NCBI RefSeq assembly: GCF_044704955.1
Contig: NC_091999.1
Span: forward strand, 50,282,001-50,346,000
Direction: 5' to 3'
From: Pristiophorus japonicus
Taxonomy: Eukaryota
Length of the DNA: 64,000 nucleotides
The position numbers were made by a program, and so were the translations under genes. This document shows positions 59,858 to 64,000 of this stretch, piece by piece (position 1 is the first letter of the stretch; each line of letters begins with the position of its first letter). The notes under the pieces were generated by a model. That model made no database searches, had not been told where the DNA came from, and saw nothing but the letters and a program-made list of their open reading frames with translations.

Positions 59858-62311
59858 ATGTTCTGGGAGATTCCAACTCAGCTTTGGATCCTGTGGGCAC
59901 TTTTGGATGTAGAACGTATTTATTACCCGCTCCTCGCTGCTGTTGGTGTTCCTGGTGAGTCCTTCATCTGCAATAAATTATGTAACCCATGTTTCTCTGT
60001 ATTTGCTGTCCTTGTCCTTTAGTTCTAGTTATTAATTGTATCAATTTAAACCTCTTGTTCTTTGTCTGGCAATGCAAATAAGTTTCTGTCATGTAATGTT
60101 TGATCGTTTGTTAATTCGCTGCTCCCAGTTCAATGAACAGTATGTTGTTTCCACAACTTGCTTCCAGTGATAGTGGTTTACAGGATTTGAGAGAAATTTG
60201 ATTTTATTGACACAGATATGTTGGTGAACGATTATATTATTGAACAGCTTGCAGTCAGCTTTCTGCACTGATGCCCAGTGTTGGATAATAAATATGTGTT
60301 CAGCGGTAACAAGTGTTTTAAGGTCCACTGGTTATTGTTAATGACACTGACCAGTGGAAATCAGCGTTGAGAGACCCTTCACAAATACACTGAGATATGA
60401 GACATTATCCACTAATGATTCAGCTATAGACAGTTGTCGCAATTTCCACCGCCTCCCGCTCTGCCTCACAGTCACTAATTCCAGATGGTCAGGACAGGGT
60501 TAAAACTGCAATACGTCTTCCAGTAAAATGTTTATTCAGTTGTGTTTGAATTGATTTATTTCCCTTGTTCAGCCACAGTTCAGGAGAGCTCGGGGTGGGC
60601 CGCACGGTAGCAACTATTCAAAATGGAGCACTATATTGTGAAATAGTTTGATATTTCCAGTCTCAAACTCTCTCTGTCTACTGGAAGACTGTAATTTTCT
60701 CACACCAGGTGAAAGGCAGTTGGTTGACACAGTTCCAGCTGTAAACAGACACGTTCGTAAAGCGACAGTCCCTTCTTTAAAGATTATTTGCAATGTTCGT
60801 GGAAAGTCAGCTTAAGCCAATTACAAAGTGTACTTTCAAAACAATGGTAGGAAAGGTTCTGATTTCGACACATAATACATTTCAAGTCATCTTCTTCAGC
60901 TTACGACACAACCGCAGTAACCTCGCCAAAGACTGCATTCCCCTCTCAGGCCACAGATTTCATTCCCCACCTTGGCCACAGACTCCATTCCCCTCACTGT
61001 ACAGAGATTCGATTCCCTTTCGTGGACAAAGAATCGATTCCTCTCCTTGGCCACATACTCCATTCCCCTCCCTGTCACAGACTCCATTCCTTTCCTTGGC
61101 CACAGACTCCATTCCCTCCCTTGGCCCCCAATTACATTCTCCTCCCTGGACACAGATTTCATCCCCCTCGCTGTCCCCATACTACATTCCCATCCCTGGA
61201 AAACACCACACGTCCCATCCGCTGGTGTAATCAGTCCTGTCCCAAACAGTACACGTCCCATCCGATGATTTCATCAGTCCTGACCCAAACACCACAAGTC
61301 CCAATGGCTGGTTCATATAATCCTGACTCATTTCACACATAATACTTTGAGACAGCTGTTGTTGCTCTCAATCTGAAATATAAATTCCCTCTTTTTCTCT
61401 TTCTTACAGTGAACTTAGTGACGATAATGATCCTGTCTCAAGGAAGGTGCGGTCTCTCCAAGTGTGTCACCCGTTACCTGGTGGCAATGGCAGCGGCGGA
61501 TCTACTGGTCGTTATCCTCGACCTGATATCCAGGCAGATTGCTATTCGTTATTCAACCGTGTTTGTGTTCATGTGGAAGATTAATGTTTGTAATATCCAT
61601 GCCATCCTGCTTTACGCAGTCACGAACTGTTCCGTCTGGTTCACAGTTGCTTTTACCTTTGATCGATGTATAGCCATTTGTTGTCAGAAGCTCAAAACCA
61701 AATACTGCACCGAGAAAACGGCGACTGTGGCTGTGGGAACAGTGAGTGCGCTGTTCTGTGTAAAGAACACTTTCTGGTACTTTATGTATGGAGGTATGTA
61801 TAATATTTCCAATAGTCCCTGGTTTTGTTTTGTTCGATTGGAAGTCTATGAGTCAGTATCATGGGCAGTAATTGAATTCCTTCATTATATTATAACACCG
61901 TTTATTCCATTTGTTCTGATCCTTCTGCTCAATACTTTAACTGTCAGACACGTTTTAGTGTCGAGCAGAGCCCGCAGGAGACTCAGGGCCCACAGCAGTG
62001 GGGAGAGTCCCAGTGACCCAGAGATGGAGAAACGAAGGAAATCCATCATTTTACTGTTTGTTATATCCGGCAATTTTATGCTCTTATGGGCAGTGTTTCT
62101 GTTGTATTCTGTTTTTGAACGATTGTATTCGTTAAACGTTATTCCTGTATCTCTACCTAAATATGTACAGGAAATGGGATTAATGCTTCAGCTCCTGAGT
62201 TGCTGCACCAACACATGTATTTATGCCGTGACCCAGACGAAATTCAGAGAGGAGTTGAAGAATGTGGTGAAATATCCCTTTACTGTAATTGTTAAATGCA
62301 TTAAATTATAA
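59858..62311 (+). CDS. GPR139/GPR142-like class A GPCR, intact two-exon gene (exon 1 59858-59954, exon 2 61410-62311; 332 aa)
   Basis: Exon 1 MFWEIPTQLWILWALLDVERIYYPLLAAVGVP plus G/GTGAG. Acceptor TTCTTACAG (AG at 61408-61409) is in matching phase. Exon 2 has 7TM hallmarks (VNL TM1, MAAADLL TM2, FTFDRC TM3, TPFIPF TM5, LSCCTNTCIY TM7, FREEL helix 8). 97+902=999 nt, open. Confidence 0.92.
60925..61195. repeat. 25-bp minisatellite (GCCACAGACTCCATTCCCCTCCTTG)n in the GPCR intron
   Basis: About 10 diverged units. Confidence 0.85.
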
Positions 62312-64000
62312 GAATCACACAATGTTTTGGGCGGGTGTTCTGCCCAATCCGCTCATCTCTGTGATATACACAGAGTGAGGCATGTTTTGATCTTTCACCG
62401 CGCGGATTCAGCGACTCACAAAAATGGTAGAGGTGGGGAAGTCCACGGAGATCAGTCCCGTTGGACTCCTGCAGGTTTTATCCCCGCTAAGACGTCTGCT
62501 GCGGTTTCGGACGGGTTTATAAAGCTCCCGACCGCTGGGCTCGTGTCGGATGTGTTTACCCAAAGAGAGCGGCACGGTGAAGGTGGCTCTGTTACTTTTC
62601 AGTCCACGGGCGGAAGGGCCGCTCAGTCCCCAGCATTCACAGGGAAAGCTGGGGGGAAATGGCCTGGGACCAAACAACAGCCAGGGAGGCAAGGTTTCAA
62701 AGGCTCAAAAGGCCAGTGCTTTCATCCTTTTGCAGGCTCCTTGTGTTTTTCTCCAAGTGGGGTTTAACCTGAGCAGCCCCAGCGCCCGGTGATAGCGACG
62801 TATCCTTGTTTCAGATAATCTACCTTTGGGATTAACGGGCCTCCTGCAGACGGAGTATCTTCCAGTGAAATTCACCACTATAACGTTCCTTTGTAAGTTT
62901 GCCTGAACAATGCGGTGAGCTGCAGGATGAAGTGTTCCCCGCACACACTCGACACACATTAAACTCAGCTCCTCCTCACTCTCTGTAAAATCTCCGTGCT
63001 AAACATAGCCCATAATATGCAGTGTTCAGGGAGGGTGGTAACGAGCTTTGTTGCTCGCTATTGCAGTATGTGTGATGTAATAAAGCAGGGAAACTCACAT
63101 GACACTGTGCCTGAGTATTGTGACATCACAGATCTGCCCTTCTGACCATGCCCTGGTCTGTGGTTGATCCAGAATCGCATTTCAGACATCCCTTCTCCTT
63201 CACACCTCACTTTACATAGAGTTACTTAATGTCTGCAACACCGAAATAGGCCATTCGGTGCTCGCGGCTGCAAACTGGTCTGAGGCCGTTCCCCTGAGGT
63301 TTCACTGGGGGTGCTGGGAGTTAGCAGCCCATCTGCCTGTGGACTGCAAATTTACAGAGCGACCTTCCCCACCCCGAACCTTTCGGCCCAGCAAAGCATG
63401 TCAGAGCTTACTCTATCACCACATCATGATCTTAAACGGAGTGCACAAAGAGAGTGTTAAACTTGGGAACGTAGAGAAAGTGAGATTCAGTGGTAAGTCC
63501 GTGGTGAGTCTGGCTGAGTATTAGCTGTAAAAAGGGACATTTAGATTAACGTTTTGAATTGAACTTAGAACTTTAAATACAGAAGTTAGCAGAAACTGCC
63601 TGTTAGTGGTAGTTAACTATCAGTCAGCTGTAAGTGTTAGTCTTAAATATGTGCTAATTACTGCGAGCAATGGGCATGGAGCTGAGACAGCACTTGTAAC
63701 TTGTGTGTGGCTCCAAAGATATAAAACGAAACACTAACTGCTGATGCACAGTGTGTTCTGCACAGTGATATTAAACGGAATTTGGTGAGAGTTTGAATGG
63801 GAACAGTGGTTGAAGGAGGTGCTGCTTTGGCCTCCAAAATACAGCAGGTTGAATACGTTTGGAGAGTATTACCTTTTTTCTCGAAGCTTGGTCCACACTA
63901 AGACCTGGGAGCAATAACAATACTTTATTAAATTAATAATTTAACTATAATTACTAATTAATTAATATAATTATAAATAACAATTGTCTAAAAACTAAGT

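Noticed and set aside
59858-62311. Assigning the symbol GPR139
   Set aside because: It is one of several paralogues; orthology to GPR139 or GPR142 cannot be established without phylogeny and synteny.

Overview
Eukaryotic, repeat-rich genomic DNA from a cartilaginous fish (shark-type IgM cluster, Deu-domain SINEs, CR1/RTE LINEs), with two assembly gaps. The core is a single-cluster IgM heavy-chain pseudogene (leader-VH-D-J-Cmu1-4, + strand, about 30.9-45.1 kb). It appears partly pre-rearranged in the germline: V fused to D with a 22-spacer RSS, facing a 12-spacer RSS in front of a (D)J. Its secretory tailpiece is split by a young CR1 insertion. About 24 kb upstream, on the same strand, is a decayed V exon of TCR alpha/delta type that the ORF track does not show. 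Two paralogous GPR139/GPR142-like class A GPCR genes flank the cluster: one with a single nonsense codon (- strand, 8.4-9.3 kb) and one apparently intact with two exons (+ strand, 59.9-62.3 kb). Downstream of Cmu are two nested endogenous retroviruses. One is an Arg-PBS element; the other, inserted into it, is a full-length but decayed Ser-PBS provirus whose Env looks foamy/F-protein-like rather than gamma-like. The rest is LINE/SINE debris, many minisatellites (including an inverted pair of 27-bp arrays), and a small motif-dense palindromic island that may be a lymphoid enhancer. All family assignments come from motif recognition by eye; no database searches were run.
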